Notes: generated by a model from the sequence alone, not told the origin. A DNA stretch of 53,879 nt from Burkholderiaceae bacterium (GCA_035255845.1 DATEZE010000224.1:1-53879), one strand, 5' to 3'; positions 1 to 11,907 are shown, counted from the first letter of the stretch. A program made the numbers and translations.

Positions 1-28
1 AGTCCCGCTAGACCTTCGGCCCGAGCCA

Positions 29-1009
29 ATGGCCGTCTTCACCGCGATCACTCGCGCCGAAGCCGCGAGTTTCCTGACGCAGTTCGCGATCGGCGAGCTG
101 ACGGACCTGCACGGCATCGCCACTGGCATCGAAAACACGAATTTTTTCCTGACGACGACCGATGGGCGCTTTGTTCTGACGATCTTTGAGCGACTGACCT
201 TCAAGCAGCTGCCCTTTTATCTGGAACTGATGCGGCACCTGTCGCGCCGCGGGCTGCCGGTGCCGGCGCCACAGGAAAACCGCAGCGGCGCGCTGCTGTC
301 GGAAATCAAGGGCAAGCCCGCGGCGATCGTTACGCGCCTCGAGGGCGAGGCCGTCACCGAGCCGAACGCATCGCACTGCGCACTGGTGGGTGAGGTGCTG
401 GCGAAAATGCACCTTGCCGCGTCAGATTTCCCGCTGTTCCAACCGCATCTGCGCGGCATCGGCTGGTGGAAAGAATCGGTGCCGAAACTGGAACCACACA
501 TCCCCGATCATGTGTTCCAGCGCCTGGCCGATGAACTGATCTACCAGGACACCTTCTTCCGCAGCGCCCGTTTCGAGCGCCTGCCGGCCGGTCCGATCCA
601 TGCCGACCTGTTCCGCGACAACGTGCTGATGTTAAAAAACGGCGCCGACGAGGCGATTGGCGGGCTGATCGACTTCTACTTCGCCGGTTGTTCGCTTTGC
701 CTGTTCGACCTGGCCGTCACGATGAACGACTGGTGCATCAACCTGGCCACTGGTGCGTTCGACATGGTGCGGGCGCAGGCGATGATGGACGCATATCACG
801 CAGTGCGACCGCTGCACGAGGAGGAGCACGAAGCCTGGCGCACGGTACTCCGCGCCGCGGCACTGCGGTTCTGGATCTCGCGGCTCTACGACTACTACCT
901 GCCACGCCCCGCCGAGGTGCTGACGCCGCATGATCCCACCCACTTCGAGCGGATTCTGGAGCATCGGATCGCTGACGCGACTCTCCCGTGGCCCAGTGCG
1001 GCCGGGTGA
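29..1009 (+). CDS. thrB: homoserine kinase, type II (APH-fold ThrB)
   Basis: 326-aa ORF. The N-terminus MAVFTAITRAEAASFL...GIENTNFFL and the HADLFRDNV kinase motif are typical of the Pseudomonas/Burkholderia-type homoserine kinase. Confidence 0.9.
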   Translation: MAVFTAITRAEAASFLTQFAIGELTDLHGIATGIENTNFFLTTTDGRFVLTIFERLTFKQLPFYLELMRHLSRRGLPVPAPQENRSGALLSEIKGKPAAIVTRLEGEAVTEPNASHCALVGEVLAKMHLAASDFPLFQPHLRGIGWWKESVPKLEPHIPDHVFQRLADELIYQDTFFRSARFERLPAGPIHADLFRDNVLMLKNGADEAIGGLIDFYFAGCSLCLFDLAVTMNDWCINLATGAFDMVRAQAMMDAYHAVRPLHEEEHEAWRTVLRAAALRFWISRLYDYYLPRPAEVLTPHDPTHFERILEHRIADATLPWPSAAG

Positions 1010-1030
1010 GCCGCGCCGATAGAATGCGGC

Positions 1031-1825
1031 ATGCAAGTCAGAACGCTGCCGGCGGCTGCCGGCTGGGGCTGGTTGCGCGAAGGCCTTTCCCTGTATCGAC
1101 GTCAGGCGTTCGCGTTTACCGCGCTCGTGATCCTGTATTCGATGGCGTTGATGCTGATTGCGAACGTTCCGCTCGTCGGGCTACCGTTGGCGGCCCTCCT
1201 GGTGCCGTTCGGAACAGTCGGCATTACCGCGGCCGGACGCGAGGTGGAACGCAACGTCGTGCCGATGCCCTCGCTGCTGATCGAAGGCTTCAAGCATCCC
1301 CAGCGTAACGCGCTGATACGCCTCGGCGTCATCCATGCAGGCCTCGTGGTGCTGATGACCATGCTCACCGCGTTGTTCGCGCAGGACGAACTCGCCAACT
1401 GGAAAGTCGTCGACGGCCAGCTCGACCCGAGCTCGGTTGCGGCCAACGTGCCGTGGGACGCGATCACTGCAGCCGCGATCGTCTACACGCCGATCCTGAT
1501 GCTCACCTGGTTCGCACCGCAGCTCATCGCCTGGCACCAGTATCCCGTCGGCAAGGCAATGTTCTTTTCGCTGATTGCCTGCTGGCGCAACCGCTGGCCG
1601 TTCCTCGTGCTCGGCATCGCGCTGGCTGCGCTCATCTTTGCAGTGTCATGGCTAACTTCGGTGCTGCTCAACCTCGTGGGCGCCTCGCCGCAAGTGGGTT
1701 CGCTGATGCTTGCACCAGTTGCACTGCTGCTCACTAGCGTTGCCTATTCGACGCAGTATCCGATCTATCGCACCGTCCTCGATCCGAGCGCCGACGTGCA
1801 GGACGCACCACCTGCAACGGTGTAG
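1031..1825 (+). CDS. multi-pass inner-membrane protein of unknown function
   Basis: 264-aa ORF with several long hydrophobic segments (e.g. FAFTALVILYSMALMLIANVPLVGLPLAALLVPFG). No catalytic motif recognised. Confidence 0.6.
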   Translation: MQVRTLPAAAGWGWLREGLSLYRRQAFAFTALVILYSMALMLIANVPLVGLPLAALLVPFGTVGITAAGREVERNVVPMPSLLIEGFKHPQRNALIRLGVIHAGLVVLMTMLTALFAQDELANWKVVDGQLDPSSVAANVPWDAITAAAIVYTPILMLTWFAPQLIAWHQYPVGKAMFFSLIACWRNRWPFLVLGIALAALIFAVSWLTSVLLNLVGASPQVGSLMLAPVALLLTSVAYSTQYPIYRTVLDPSADVQDAPPATV

Positions 1826-1828
1826 GGC

Positions 1829-4036
1829 CTAGGCCGGCGTCAGCTTTGCGACCGCCAAGGCCAGCCATTTCACGCCGACCGGGCCGAAGTTGACCTGGGC
1901 CCGTGCATCGTCGCCGCTGCCTTCGAGATTGATGACGACGCCTTCGCCAAAGCGCGTGTGGCGCACCGCCTGGCCGATTCGCACGCCATGCGACGGCGCC
2001 CGTGCCGGCGGCGCGCTCGGCGCTGCAGGACGCACGCCAGCATCGTGCCACTGGCCAAAGCGGCCGCCGCCACCGACCGGCTGGCGCGGCGTCAGCCACT
2101 TGACCGCAGTTGCCGGCAACTCCTCGAGGAAACGGGATTTCATGCCGTAGCGCGTCTGTCCGTGCAGCAGACGACTCTGCGCGAGGCTGACGTAGAGCCG
2201 TCGCCGCGCACGCGTGATCGCGACATACATCAGCCGGCGCTCCTCCTCGAGTCCGTCGAGCTCGTTCAGGCTGTTTTCGTGCGGGAACAGCCCTTCCTCC
2301 AGGCCCGTGATGAACACGGCGAAAAACTCGAGTCCCTTGGCCGAGTGGACGGTCATCAGCTGCAGCGCGTCCTGGCCCGCCTCGGCCTGGTTGTCGCCGG
2401 CCTCGAGCGACGCATGGGAGAGGAACGCGGCCAGCGGCGAAGGGATCTGGGTCGCGCTTTCCTCTGCGCTCGCCTGCGTCGCCGGCGCATCCTGCGCGTA
2501 GCCTTCTTCAGAGATGAACGCGGCCGCGGCGTTGACCAACTCATTCAGGTTTTCAATGCGCTCCTGCCCTTCGCGCTCGGTCTGATAGTGCTGGATCAGC
2601 CCGCTGCGCTGCATCACCACGTCGACGATCTCCGACAACGGCAGATGAGCGGTTTCGAAGCCTAGGCTGTCGATCAGGTTCACGAACGCGCCGAGGTTGT
2701 TCCCGGCCTTGCCGGTCATGGCGCCGACCGCTGCATAAAGACTCGTGTTGCCGGCGCGCGCGGCGTCAGCGAGCTGCTCGAGCGAGCGCGCGCCAATACC
2801 GCGCGGCGGGAAATTGACGACGCGCAGGAACGCGGTGTCGTCGGCCGGATTCTCGATCAGTCGCAGGTACGCGAGCGCGTGCTTGATCTCGGCACGCTCG
2901 AAAAAACGCAGCCCACCATAGACGCGGTACGGAATCGCCGCATTGAACAGCGCATGCTCGATCACGCGTGATTGCGCGTTCGAGCGATACAGCACCGCGA
3001 TCTCAGCGCGCGCGTGGCCCTCGGCGATCAATCCCTTCACTTCGTCGACCAGCCAGGCGGCCTCGTAGCCGTCGGTCTGCGCCTCATAGACGCGCACCGG
3101 CTCGCCTTCGCCGGCGTCGGTCCACAGGTTCTTGCCCAGGCGGCGTGCGTTGTGGGCGATCAGCGCGTTGGCGGCGTTCAGGATATGAGCGACCGAGCGG
3201 TAGTTCTGCTCGAGCTTGATCAGGTTCTGCACGCGGAACTCGCGTTCGAAGTCGGCCATGTTGCCGACGTTGGCGCCGCGGAATGCATAGATGGACTGGT
3301 CGTCGTCGCCGACCGCAAAAATGGCGTTCTTCCCGCCGGCGAGCAGCTTCAGCCAGGCGTACTGCAGCTTGTTGGTGTCCTGGAACTCGTCGACGAGGAT
3401 GTGGCGGAACCGGTCCTGATAATGGGTGCGCAGGATTTCGTTGCGGTCGAGCAGTTCGTAGCAGCGCAGTAGCAGCTCGGCGAAGTCTACGACACCCTCG
3501 CGGTTGCACTGCGCGTCGTAGAGCGCGTAGAGCTCGACGAACCTGCGGTTGTAGTCGTCGTTGACCTCGACGTCCTTTGCCCGCAGACCGGCGTCTTTGG
3601 AGCTGTTGATGAAGTGCTGCAGGTTGCGCGGTGGATAGCGCTCATCATCGATGTTGTTGGCCTTCAGCAGGCGCTTGATCGCCCCGAGCTGATCGGCGGA
3701 GTCGAGGATCTGGAAGGTCGACGGCAGTCCGGCGTCACGGTGGTGCGCGCGCAGCATCCGGTTGCACAGACCGTGGAAGGTGCCGATCCACATGCCGCGC
3801 ACGTTGATCGGCAGCATCGCGGCGAGCCGCGTCAGCATTTCCTTCGCCGCCTTGTTCGTGAAGGTCACCGCGAGCACGCCCTGCGGTGACAACTGCCCGG
3901 TCTGGATCAGCCAGGCGATGCGCGTCGTCAGCACGCGGGTCTTGCCGCTGCCGGCACCGGCGAGGATCAGGGCGGACTGATTGGGAAGCGTGACGGCAGC
4001 GAGTTGCTGCTCGTTCAGGTTCTGCAACAGATTCAT
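1829..4036 (-). CDS. uvrD: DNA helicase II (UvrD, SF1 family)
   Basis: 735-aa ORF with Walker A AGAGSGKT, motif II VDEFQDTN and full-length UvrD/Rep/PcrA-like sequence including the C-terminal tail. Confidence 0.9.
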   Translation of the reverse strand: MNLLQNLNEQQLAAVTLPNQSALILAGAGSGKTRVLTTRIAWLIQTGQLSPQGVLAVTFTNKAAKEMLTRLAAMLPINVRGMWIGTFHGLCNRMLRAHHRDAGLPSTFQILDSADQLGAIKRLLKANNIDDERYPPRNLQHFINSSKDAGLRAKDVEVNDDYNRRFVELYALYDAQCNREGVVDFAELLLRCYELLDRNEILRTHYQDRFRHILVDEFQDTNKLQYAWLKLLAGGKNAIFAVGDDDQSIYAFRGANVGNMADFEREFRVQNLIKLEQNYRSVAHILNAANALIAHNARRLGKNLWTDAGEGEPVRVYEAQTDGYEAAWLVDEVKGLIAEGHARAEIAVLYRSNAQSRVIEHALFNAAIPYRVYGGLRFFERAEIKHALAYLRLIENPADDTAFLRVVNFPPRGIGARSLEQLADAARAGNTSLYAAVGAMTGKAGNNLGAFVNLIDSLGFETAHLPLSEIVDVVMQRSGLIQHYQTEREGQERIENLNELVNAAAAFISEEGYAQDAPATQASAEESATQIPSPLAAFLSHASLEAGDNQAEAGQDALQLMTVHSAKGLEFFAVFITGLEEGLFPHENSLNELDGLEEERRLMYVAITRARRRLYVSLAQSRLLHGQTRYGMKSRFLEELPATAVKWLTPRQPVGGGGRFGQWHDAGVRPAAPSAPPARAPSHGVRIGQAVRHTRFGEGVVINLEGSGDDARAQVNFGPVGVKWLALAVAKLTPA

Positions 4037-4098
4037 GAGCGGATCGCAGTTTAGCGGCCCCTATAATCGCTCCTTTGAATCAAATACTTACGAGCGTG

Positions 4099-6729
4099 AT
4101 GGAACCGAAGTACGACCCGCAAGCCGTGGAGCGAGCCGCACAGGCCCACTGGGCGCGCACGCAGGCGTATCACGCGGTCGAGCAGGCGAAGGACGCGCGC
4201 GGCAAACCTAAGCCCAAGTTTTACGTCTGCTCGATGCTGCCGTATCCCAGCGGCAAGCTGCACATGGGGCACGTGCGCAACTACACGTTGAATGACGTGA
4301 TGTATCGCATCCTGCGGATGCGCGGGTACAACGTGATGACGCCGATGGGCTGGGATGCCTTCGGCTTGCCAGCGGAGAACGCGGCGATCGAAAACAACGT
4401 TCCGCCCGCAAAGTGGACTCACGGCAACATCGCCGAGATGAAGGCGCAGATGCAGCCACTCGGGCTCGCCTTCGACTGGTCGCGCGAACTGGCCACCTGT
4501 CAGCCCGGGTACTACAGGTGGAACCAATGGATGTTCCTGCGGATGCTCGACAAGGGCATCGCCTACCGCAAGACGCAGGTCGTCAACTGGGATCCGGTCG
4601 ACCAGACCGTTCTTGCCAACGAACAGGTCGTCGACGGCCGCGGCTGGCGTTCGAACGCGATCGTCGAGAAACGCGAGATCCCCGGCTACTACCTCGGCAT
4701 CACGCGATATGCGGACGAATTGCTCGACGACCTGGAGAAGCTCGACTGGCCGCCGCAGGTCAAGGCGATGCAGGAGAACTGGATCGGCCGGAGCGTCGGC
4801 GTCAACTTCGGGTTTCCCTACGAAGTCGACGGCGAGAAGAAGCTGCTGCGTGTGTTCACGACCCGCGCCGACACGATCATGGGCGTGACCTTCATGGCGA
4901 TCGCGGCCGAGCATCCGCTTGCCGCCCGACTCGCACAAGGCCGCTCGGACATCAACGCGTTCATCGAGGAGTGCAAGAAGGGCGGCCTTGCCGAAGCCGA
5001 CCTTGCGACGATGGAAAAGAAGGGCGTGCCGACTGGATTCTCGGTCACGCATCCGCTGACCGGAGCCGCCGTGCCCGTATGGATCGGAAACTACGTGCTT
5101 ATGGGCTACGGCGAGGGCGCGGTCATGGGCGTGCCGGCGCACGACGAGCGCGACTTTGCGTTCGCGAAGAAGTACGGCTTGCCGATCCAGCAGGTGATTG
5201 GCGTGCCGGGCGAGACGTTTTCGCTCGAGGACTGGCACGAGTGGTATGCCGACAAGGCGCGCGGGACCTGCGTGAACTCGGGCAAGTACAACGGACTCGG
5301 CTATGAGGCGGCCACCGATGCGATTGCCGCTGACCTGAAAGCTAAGGGCCTCGGCGACAAACAGGTGCAGTACCGGCTGCGCGACTGGGGCATCTCGCGC
5401 CAGCGCTATTGGGGCACACCGATACCGATCATCCACTGCGAGTCCTGCGGTCCGGTGCCTGTGCCGGAAAAGGACCTGCCGGTTGTACTTCCCGAGGGCC
5501 TGATACCGGACGGCAGCGGAAACCCGCTGAACAAGTACGAGCCCTTCCTGAAGTGCACCTGCCCTCGCTGCGGCGGCCCGGGGCGGCGCGAGACCGACAC
5601 TATGGACACGTTTGTCGACTCGGCCTGGTACTACATGCGCTATTGCTCGCCGGGCGCGGCCGACGCGATGGTCGACACGCGCAACGACTACTGGATGCCG
5701 ATGGACCAGTACATCGGCGGCATCGAGCACGCGGTGTTGCACCTGCTGTACGCGCGTTTCTGGACCAAGGTGATGCGCGACATGGGGCTGGTGAAGTTCG
5801 GCGAACCGTTCCAGCGCCTGTTCACGCAAGGCATGCTGACGCACGAGTGCTACTACCGCGAGGATGCGGCGGGGAGGAAGCGCTGGTTCTATCCCGCCGA
5901 GATCGAGATCGAGTACGACGACAAGGGCCGGCCCCTCAAGGTGACGGCCCTCGAGGACGGGCTGCCGGTCAGCTTCGGCGGTATCGAGAAGATGTCGAAG
6001 AGCAAGAACAACGTGGTCGAGCCGCGCGACATCATCGACCGGTTCGGCGCCGATACCGCGCGTGCATTCGTCATGTTCGCCGGCCCGCCGGACCAGAGCG
6101 CAGCCTGGAGCAATTCGGGCGCCGAGGGCACCTATCGCTTTCTCCGGCGCCTGTGGAACTACTGCAGCGAGCGGCAGGCCGCGCTGAAATCCCAGCCGAA
6201 GCTCGACGCCCGGGCCCTGAATGCCGCGCAGAAGGAGCTGCGGCGAGACATTCACGCCAATCTTAAGCAGGCGGACTTCGACTACGCGCGCCTGCAGTAC
6301 AACACCGTCGTTTCCGCGGCGATGAAGATGCTGAACGCGCTGGAGGATGCGCGGCTCGGCCCCGCCTCGGCAGATGCGGCGCTTCTGACCGAGGCTGTGG
6401 GCATCCTGCTGCGCACGCTCTACCCAATCGCACCGCACATCTCGCACGCACTGTGGAACGAACTGGGTTATGCAGCCGCATTCGGCGCCGAGATCATCGA
6501 CGCACCGTGGCCGCAGCCCGATCCCGCGGCCCTGCAGCAGGACGAGATCGAACTCGTCGTGCAGGTCAACGGCAAGCTGCGCGCCTCGATTCGCGTGCCG
6601 GCCGCGGCCGACAATGGCGCGATCGAGCGCGCAGCGGTGGCCGATGCCAATGTTCAGAAGTTCGTCGCGGGGCAAACAGTCAAGCGGGTGATTGTCGTGC
6701 CCGGCAAGCTGGTGAACGTGGTCGTCTGA
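4099..6729 (+). CDS. leuS: leucine--tRNA ligase
   Basis: Class I signatures [12 protein letters not shown] (HIGH-type) and [10 protein letters not shown] (KMSKS). I prefer the ATG at 4099 ([11 protein letters not shown]...) to the ORF-track start at 4075. Confidence 0.95.
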   Translation: MEPKYDPQAVERAAQAHWARTQAYHAVEQAKDARGKPKPKFYVCSMLPYPSGKLHMGHVRNYTLNDVMYRILRMRGYNVMTPMGWDAFGLPAENAAIENNVPPAKWTHGNIAEMKAQMQPLGLAFDWSRELATCQPGYYRWNQWMFLRMLDKGIAYRKTQVVNWDPVDQTVLANEQVVDGRGWRSNAIVEKREIPGYYLGITRYADELLDDLEKLDWPPQVKAMQENWIGRSVGVNFGFPYEVDGEKKLLRVFTTRADTIMGVTFMAIAAEHPLAARLAQGRSDINAFIEECKKGGLAEADLATMEKKGVPTGFSVTHPLTGAAVPVWIGNYVLMGYGEGAVMGVPAHDERDFAFAKKYGLPIQQVIGVPGETFSLEDWHEWYADKARGTCVNSGKYNGLGYEAATDAIAADLKAKGLGDKQVQYRLRDWGISRQRYWGTPIPIIHCESCGPVPVPEKDLPVVLPEGLIPDGSGNPLNKYEPFLKCTCPRCGGPGRRETDTMDTFVDSAWYYMRYCSPGAADAMVDTRNDYWMPMDQYIGGIEHAVLHLLYARFWTKVMRDMGLVKFGEPFQRLFTQGMLTHECYYREDAAGRKRWFYPAEIEIEYDDKGRPLKVTALEDGLPVSFGGIEKMSKSKNNVVEPRDIIDRFGADTARAFVMFAGPPDQSAAWSNSGAEGTYRFLRRLWNYCSERQAALKSQPKLDARALNAAQKELRRDIHANLKQADFDYARLQYNTVVSAAMKMLNALEDARLGPASADAALLTEAVGILLRTLYPIAPHISHALWNELGYAAAFGAEIIDAPWPQPDPAALQQDEIELVVQVNGKLRASIRVPAAADNGAIERAAVADANVQKFVAGQTVKRVIVVPGKLVNVVV

Positions 6730-7223
6730 TGCGGCGTCGGCAACTGCTGCTTGCAATCGGTGCGGCATCTCTGGCGGGATGCGGCTTCCGGCTGCGCGGC
6801 ACGCAGAGTTTGCCGGTCGAGACGATCTACCTCGCACTGCCGGTCAATTCTCCGATCGGTGCCGAGATGTCCCGCCTGCTTCGTTCGTCCACGAACGCCA
6901 AGGTTGTCACCGATCGCCAGGCCGCACAGGCGGTGTTCGAACTGCTTGGCGAAACCCGCGAACGTGAAGTGCTGGCGATCAATTCGCAGGGTCGCGCCAC
7001 CGAATATCAAATTCGCCTGCGCATCCGCTTCCGCGTGCTGGATCACAGCGCGGGCGAGTTGATCGGGCCGACCGACCTCATGGCCCGACGCGACATCACC
7101 TTCAACGAGTCCGACTTGCTGGCGAAGGAATCGGAAGAAGGACTGCTGTATCGCGACATGCAGAGCGACCTGGTGCGGCAGATGGTGAGCCGCCTCGCAG
7201 GCATGCGGGCAGAAGCCACTTGA
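6729..7223 (+). CDS. lptE: LPS-assembly lipoprotein LptE
   Basis: The internal ATG at 6729 overlaps the leuS stop. It gives a lipoprotein signal, [18 protein letters not shown] (lipobox LAGC). The leuS-lptE-holA order is conserved in proteobacteria. Confidence 0.8.
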   Translation: MRRRQLLLAIGAASLAGCGFRLRGTQSLPVETIYLALPVNSPIGAEMSRLLRSSTNAKVVTDRQAAQAVFELLGETREREVLAINSQGRATEYQIRLRIRFRVLDHSAGELIGPTDLMARRDITFNESDLLAKESEEGLLYRDMQSDLVRQMVSRLAGMRAEAT

Positions 7224-8251
7224 TGCAGACGAGGGTCGACGCGCTTTCCGGCGTGCTGGCCCGCGCCGAGCGTGAGCGGCTCATGCCGCCGCTGGTCGTC
7301 GTCAGCAGCGACGAGGCGTTGCTCGCGCTGGAAGCCCAGGACGCGCTGCGCCAGAGTGCGCGCGCACTCGGCTACACAGAGCGCGAGGTGCTCAACGTGG
7401 ATGCGCGTTTCGACTGGTCTAAGCTGACGCAGGCCACTCTGGCACTGTCGCTGTTCGCCGAGCGGCGCATCATCGAGGTCCGTTTGCCGACCGGCAAGCC
7501 AGGCGTCGCTGGCGCTACGGCGCTCGAGGCGCTGGCCGAATCCGTGCCCGCAGACACGCTGACCCTGATCGCCCTCCCGAAGCTCGACCGCAAGACCCGC
7601 GAGGCGCGCTGGGCGAGCGCACTTGCACGCGCGGGTACCTGGTTGGACATCGAGACGATCGAGCGCGCCCGCTTGCCGCAGTGGATCGGCGAGCGGCTGG
7701 CGCGACAGCGGCAGAGCGTGCCGCCCGACGCGCTGGAATTCATCGCCGACCGCGTCGAGGGCAACCTGTTCGCCGCGCATCAGGAAATCGCCAAGCTTGC
7801 GCTGCTGTATCCGGCCGGCGGCTTGTCGCTCGATCAGGTACGCGACGCCGTGCTGAATGTCGCGCGCTATGACGTCTCGCAGCTGCAAGCCGCAATGGTT
7901 GGCGGTGACCGCAAGCGGGTCGCAAAGACGATGGCTGGCCTGCGCGACGAAGGTGAGGCGCTGCCGCTGATCATCTGGGCCATCGCCGAGGAATTACGTG
8001 CGCTGATCCGGGTCAAAGCGCTGGTCGCCAGCGGCCGACCGCTCGCGGCGGCGGCTCGCGAAAACCGGATCTGGGGCCCGCGCGAGCGACTGTTCGAGCG
8101 CGCGTTGGGACGCCTCGATCTCGACCGGCTGGAGCACACCGTGGCGCGGATCGCCGACATCGACCGGTTGGCCAAGGGGCTGCGTGCGCCAAAGGCCGAC
8201 AGCGACCCTTGGCTAGAATTGACCGACATCGCCCTCGACGTTGCGACATGA
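7223..8251 (+). CDS. holA: DNA polymerase III subunit delta
   Basis: About 342 aa with HolA-like sequence throughout. The ATG at 7223 overlaps the lptE stop (ATGA). The position after lptE is conserved. Confidence 0.85.
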   Translation: MQTRVDALSGVLARAERERLMPPLVVVSSDEALLALEAQDALRQSARALGYTEREVLNVDARFDWSKLTQATLALSLFAERRIIEVRLPTGKPGVAGATALEALAESVPADTLTLIALPKLDRKTREARWASALARAGTWLDIETIERARLPQWIGERLARQRQSVPPDALEFIADRVEGNLFAAHQEIAKLALLYPAGGLSLDQVRDAVLNVARYDVSQLQAAMVGGDRKRVAKTMAGLRDEGEALPLIIWAIAEELRALIRVKALVASGRPLAAAARENRIWGPRERLFERALGRLDLDRLEHTVARIADIDRLAKGLRAPKADSDPWLELTDIALDVAT

Positions 8252-8330
8252 CCTCGAGGGCTGGGAACTGTCCGTGAACGTGCGCACCGAGCATCGCAGC
8301 ATCGCGACCGCCGCTGGCGAGGATGATCGC

Positions 8331-9635
8331 GTGCACTCTGATTTCGGCGGTGACTTGGATGCCTACATGCGGCACGTCGGCCAGACGGCCCGGACCGTGG
8401 CCCCGGCCATGGCACGGGCGACGACGGCGCAGCGTAACGGCGCCCTGCGGCAGCTGGCGCAGCGCGTCCGTACGGCGCAAGGCGAATTGCTGGCGGCCAA
8501 CCGGCAGGATCTTGAGCGCGCGAGATCCGCTGGACTTGCCCTGGCACTGGTCGACCGCCTGACGCTGGACGATTCGACCATCGAGCAGATGGCCGACGGC
8601 GCCGAACAGGTGGCGCAGCTGCCGGATCCGATCGGCGCGATCGTCGACGTGCGCTCGCAGCCAAGCGGCATCGATGTTGGCCGCATGCGCGTGCCGCTCG
8701 GCGTCATCGGCATCATCTACGAGAGCCGGCCGAATGTGACCGTCGATGCCGCCGCTCTTTGCATCAAGAGCGGCAATGCCGCGATCCTGCGCGGCGGATC
8801 GGAAGCGATTGCCTGCAATCGCCTGTTGGCGCGCCTCGTGGCGGAAGCTCTGGCCGCAGTCGGGCTGCCGCGCGAGGCGGTACAGCTCGTCGACACGACG
8901 GACCGCAACGCGGTCGGTAAGCTGGTCGCGATGCCCGAATTCGTCGACATCGTGGTGCCACGCGGCGGCAAGGGGCTGATCGAACGGCTGATGCGCGAAA
9001 GCCGCGTGCCGATGATCAAGCACCTCGATGGCGTCTGCCACGTTTATGTCGACGCGGCTGCCGACCTCGACATGGCCGTGCGCATCGCAGACAACGCCAA
9101 GACCCAGCGCTACGGCACTTGCAACACGATGGAGACGCTGCTCGTCGCCGAGCATATCGCCGCTGAGTTACTGCCAAGGCTCGGACGGATCTACGCCGCG
9201 AAAAGTGTCGAACTGCGCGGCGACGCGACCACCTGCGCACTGCTGCAGCAGGCGGGAATCGCCTGTATCGCCGCGAGTGAGGAGGACTGGCGCGCCGAAT
9301 ACCTCGCGCCGATCCTGGCGATCCGCGTCGTCGCCGGTCTCGACGAGGCGATCGCGCACATCAATAGCTACGGCAGCCGTCACACCGATGCAATAGTGAC
9401 GACCGACCATGCCGCGGCGATGCGTTTCCTGCGCGAGGTCGACTCGGCCTCGGTAATCGTCAATGCCTCGACACGTTTCGCCGACGGCTACGAGTACGGG
9501 CTCGGCGCCGAGATCGGGATCAGTAACGACAAGCTGCATGCGCGCGGCCCGGTCGGCCTCGAAGGGCTGACTTCGCTGAAATTTGTCGTATTCGGCCATG
9601 GCGAGGTACGCGGCGAGGCTGCACCGCCGTCATGA
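8331..9635 (+). CDS. proA: glutamate-5-semialdehyde dehydrogenase (gamma-glutamyl phosphate reductase)
   Basis: ProA-like over its full length ([50 protein letters not shown]). The start is uncertain: GTG 8331, TTG 8355 or ATG 8367. The ORF-track start at 8241 would overlap holA. Confidence 0.85.
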   Translation: MHSDFGGDLDAYMRHVGQTARTVAPAMARATTAQRNGALRQLAQRVRTAQGELLAANRQDLERARSAGLALALVDRLTLDDSTIEQMADGAEQVAQLPDPIGAIVDVRSQPSGIDVGRMRVPLGVIGIIYESRPNVTVDAAALCIKSGNAAILRGGSEAIACNRLLARLVAEALAAVGLPREAVQLVDTTDRNAVGKLVAMPEFVDIVVPRGGKGLIERLMRESRVPMIKHLDGVCHVYVDAAADLDMAVRIADNAKTQRYGTCNTMETLLVAEHIAAELLPRLGRIYAAKSVELRGDATTCALLQQAGIACIAASEEDWRAEYLAPILAIRVVAGLDEAIAHINSYGSRHTDAIVTTDHAAAMRFLREVDSASVIVNASTRFADGYEYGLGAEIGISNDKLHARGPVGLEGLTSLKFVVFGHGEVRGEAAPPS

Positions 9636-10057
9636 CCGGTTACGCGTGGGTCAAGACGTTGCATCTGGTGTTTGTGATCAGCTGGTTCGCCGGGCTGTTC
9701 TACCTGCCTCGAATATTCGTCAACCTCGCCGACACGACAGACGCTGCCACGCGCGAACGGCTGCTTTTGATGGCACGCAAGCTGCTTCGATTCATGACCG
9801 TACTCGGTTTCCTTGCGATCGGCTTCGGCATGGTGCTCTGGGGCGGCTACGGCGTGGGCAGCAAGAGCGGTTGGATGAGCGCCAAGCTGGTACTGGTGCT
9901 CGGACTCGTTGTCTATCACGTATGGTGCGCGTTCCTGTACAAGCGCTTTGCGACCGCAACGAACACGCGCTCCCACGTTTGGTTTCGCTGGTTCAATGAA
10001 ATGCCCGTGCTGATGCTGTTTGCGATCGTCGCACTCGCGGTCGGCAAACCGTTCTAA
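9632..10057 (+). CDS. hemJ: HemJ-family membrane protein (protoporphyrinogen oxidase HemJ / UPF0093)
   Basis: 141 aa with 4 predicted TM helices and the characteristic N-terminus [25 protein letters not shown]. The start overlaps the proA stop. Confidence 0.75.
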   Translation: MTGYAWVKTLHLVFVISWFAGLFYLPRIFVNLADTTDAATRERLLLMARKLLRFMTVLGFLAIGFGMVLWGGYGVGSKSGWMSAKLVLVLGLVVYHVWCAFLYKRFATATNTRSHVWFRWFNEMPVLMLFAIVALAVGKPF

Positions 10058-10077
10058 TCTCGGGCGAGGACACTGCG

Positions 10078-10683
10078 ATGGCTGCAACAGTTGACTATTA
10101 CATGACTCCGGTCTCGCCGTTCACCTACTTTGGACACGAGCGGTTTCGCGCAATCTGCCGCGACCGCGGCGCCGAAATCAATTTGAAGGTCATGGACCTG
10201 GGCAAGGTCTTCCCGGTTTCGGGTGGGCTGGCGCTCAAGGATCGCGCGCCGCAGCGGCGCGCCTATCGGATGATGGAGCTCAAGCGCTGGCGCGACTTCC
10301 TCGGCATGCCGCTGACGCTGGAGCCGAAGTTCTTCCCGGTGCCGGCCGAGGCGGCGGCGACCCTGATCCTCGCAGTCCTGGAACAGCGCGGCACCGAAAC
10401 GGCGCTGGACGTGGCCGGAGACTGCCTACGCGCGATCTGGACCGAAGACCGTGACATCTCCTCGCGCGATACGCTGCGGGACATCGCTGGCGCGCGCGGG
10501 CTCGACGCGCAAGCGTTGCTGACGCAGGCCGCGTCGGCCGGCATCGCCGCCGTCTATGTGATGCAATCGCAGGAAGCAATCGCACGAGGGATCTTCGGCT
10601 CGCCGACTTATACATACAACGACGAAATCTTTTGGGGACAGGACCGGCTCGATTTTCTCGATCGCGCGCTGGCCCGCGCTTGA
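10078..10683 (+). CDS. 2-hydroxychromene-2-carboxylate isomerase family protein (DsbA-like fold)
   Basis: 201 aa. N-terminal VDYYMTPVSPFTYFG and C-terminal GIFGSPTYTYNDEIFWGQDRLDFL are typical of the HCCA isomerase/DsbA-like family. There is no CxxC motif. Confidence 0.75.
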   Translation: MAATVDYYMTPVSPFTYFGHERFRAICRDRGAEINLKVMDLGKVFPVSGGLALKDRAPQRRAYRMMELKRWRDFLGMPLTLEPKFFPVPAEAAATLILAVLEQRGTETALDVAGDCLRAIWTEDRDISSRDTLRDIAGARGLDAQALLTQAASAGIAAVYVMQSQEAIARGIFGSPTYTYNDEIFWGQDRLDFLDRALARA

Positions 10684-10719
10684 GCCTCAGTTCGACAGCC
10701 ACGCCGGCTGACCGATCTC

Positions 10720-11907
10720 ATGGCAACACGCGCTCAGTCGTACTTCGCGATCTGCCCACGCGGCCTGGAAGCCGCCCTATCCGACGAACTGCAGGCGCTT
10801 GGAGCTCGCGACGTTCTGCCGGACAACGGCGGCGCGTCATTTGCCGGCACACGCGAACTCGGCTACGCCGCCAACCTGCATTCCCGGCTCGCCAGCCGAA
10901 TCCTCTGGCAGGTTGCGCGCCGCGGCTACACGACTGAACAGCACCTGTACGACGCGACGCAGGAAGTCCGCTGGCAGGACCTGATGTCGCCGCAGCAAAC
11001 GCTGCGCGTCGACGTCACCGCGTCGAGATCACCACTCGCGAGCCTGGAATTCGCGATGCTGCGGATCAAGGATGGCATCGTCGACCGGCTGCGTGCACTC
11101 AAAGGCGAACGGCCTTCGATCGAGCGGCAGAACCCCGATGTACGCGTCTTCGCTTTCCTCGATGAACGCACCGTCACGCTCTACCTCGACCTGAGCGGCG
11201 AAGCCCTCTTCAAACGCGGCTGGCGCGCCGACAAGGGTGAGGCACCGCTGAAGGAAAACGTCGCTGCTGGCCTGCTCGCGCTCTCCGGTTGGACACCGGA
11301 GGTGCCCCTCTTCGACCCGTTCTGTGGCAGTGGCACGATCGTCATCGAGGCAGCTTGCATCGCGTCCAGCCGGGCGCCGGGCCTCGATCGAGGTTTTGCC
11401 TTCGAGCGCCTCGGTGACTTCGAGCGCGGCGCGTGGCGGCGTCTGCAGCAGCGCGCTCGTGATGCCATCGATGATAGTGCTGCGATGCTGATCGCCAGCT
11501 CCGACATCTCGACCCGAGTCATCGATCAGGCCCGCATCAACGCGGGACTGGCCGGCCTTGGGGCGCAGCTTACCGACGGACGCCTGCGGCTCGAAGCCGG
11601 CGATGCCCGCACCGCTGCGGCCCCGGCGGAGCACGGGATGATCATCTCCAACCCGCCCTATGGTGAACAGAGCAGCCCGCGTTCGGCCACGGTTCCCAAG
11701 ATGATGGCCGACGTCGGCGATCACCTGAAGGCGTCATTTCCGGGCTGGCATGCGTGGTTTCTGACGTCCGACCGGCAACTGCCGCGGCAGATGCGGCTGG
11801 CCGAGACACGCAAGCCGGTGCTCTACAACGGTGCGCTCGAGTGCCGGTTCTTTCGCTTCGAGTTGGTGGGTGGCCGATACCGGCCGCGTGGAGCAACCGG
11901 CCCCTAA
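10720..11907 (+). CDS. THUMP-domain class I SAM-dependent RNA methyltransferase (RlmL N-domain-like)
   Basis: 395 aa. SYFAICPRGLEAALSDEL (THUMP-type N-terminus), DPFCGSGTIVIEA (SAM motif I) and NPPYGEQ (motif IV). Confidence 0.8.
   Translation: MATRAQSYFAICPRGLEAALSDELQALGARDVLPDNGGASFAGTRELGYAANLHSRLASRILWQVARRGYTTEQHLYDATQEVRWQDLMSPQQTLRVDVTASRSPLASLEFAMLRIKDGIVDRLRALKGERPSIERQNPDVRVFAFLDERTVTLYLDLSGEALFKRGWRADKGEAPLKENVAAGLLALSGWTPEVPLFDPFCGSGTIVIEAACIASSRAPGLDRGFAFERLGDFERGAWRRLQQRARDAIDDSAAMLIASSDISTRVIDQARINAGLAGLGAQLTDGRLRLEAGDARTAAAPAEHGMIISNPPYGEQSSPRSATVPKMMADVGDHLKASFPGWHAWFLTSDRQLPRQMRLAETRKPVLYNGALECRFFRFELVGGRYRPRGATGP

Noticed and set aside
4051-6837. 928-aa ORF antisense to leuS
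   Set aside because: The opposite strand encodes an unmistakable LeuRS (HIGH and KMSKS motifs). The antisense product is Arg/Ala/Gly/Pro-rich with no motifs. Long stop-free antisense frames are expected in high-GC DNA.
8241-8330. N-terminal extension of proA overlapping holA
   Set aside because: The extension ([20 protein letters not shown]...) is unlike ProA N-termini. Starts at 8331, 8355 or 8367 give the usual ...YM..VG..AR N-terminus.
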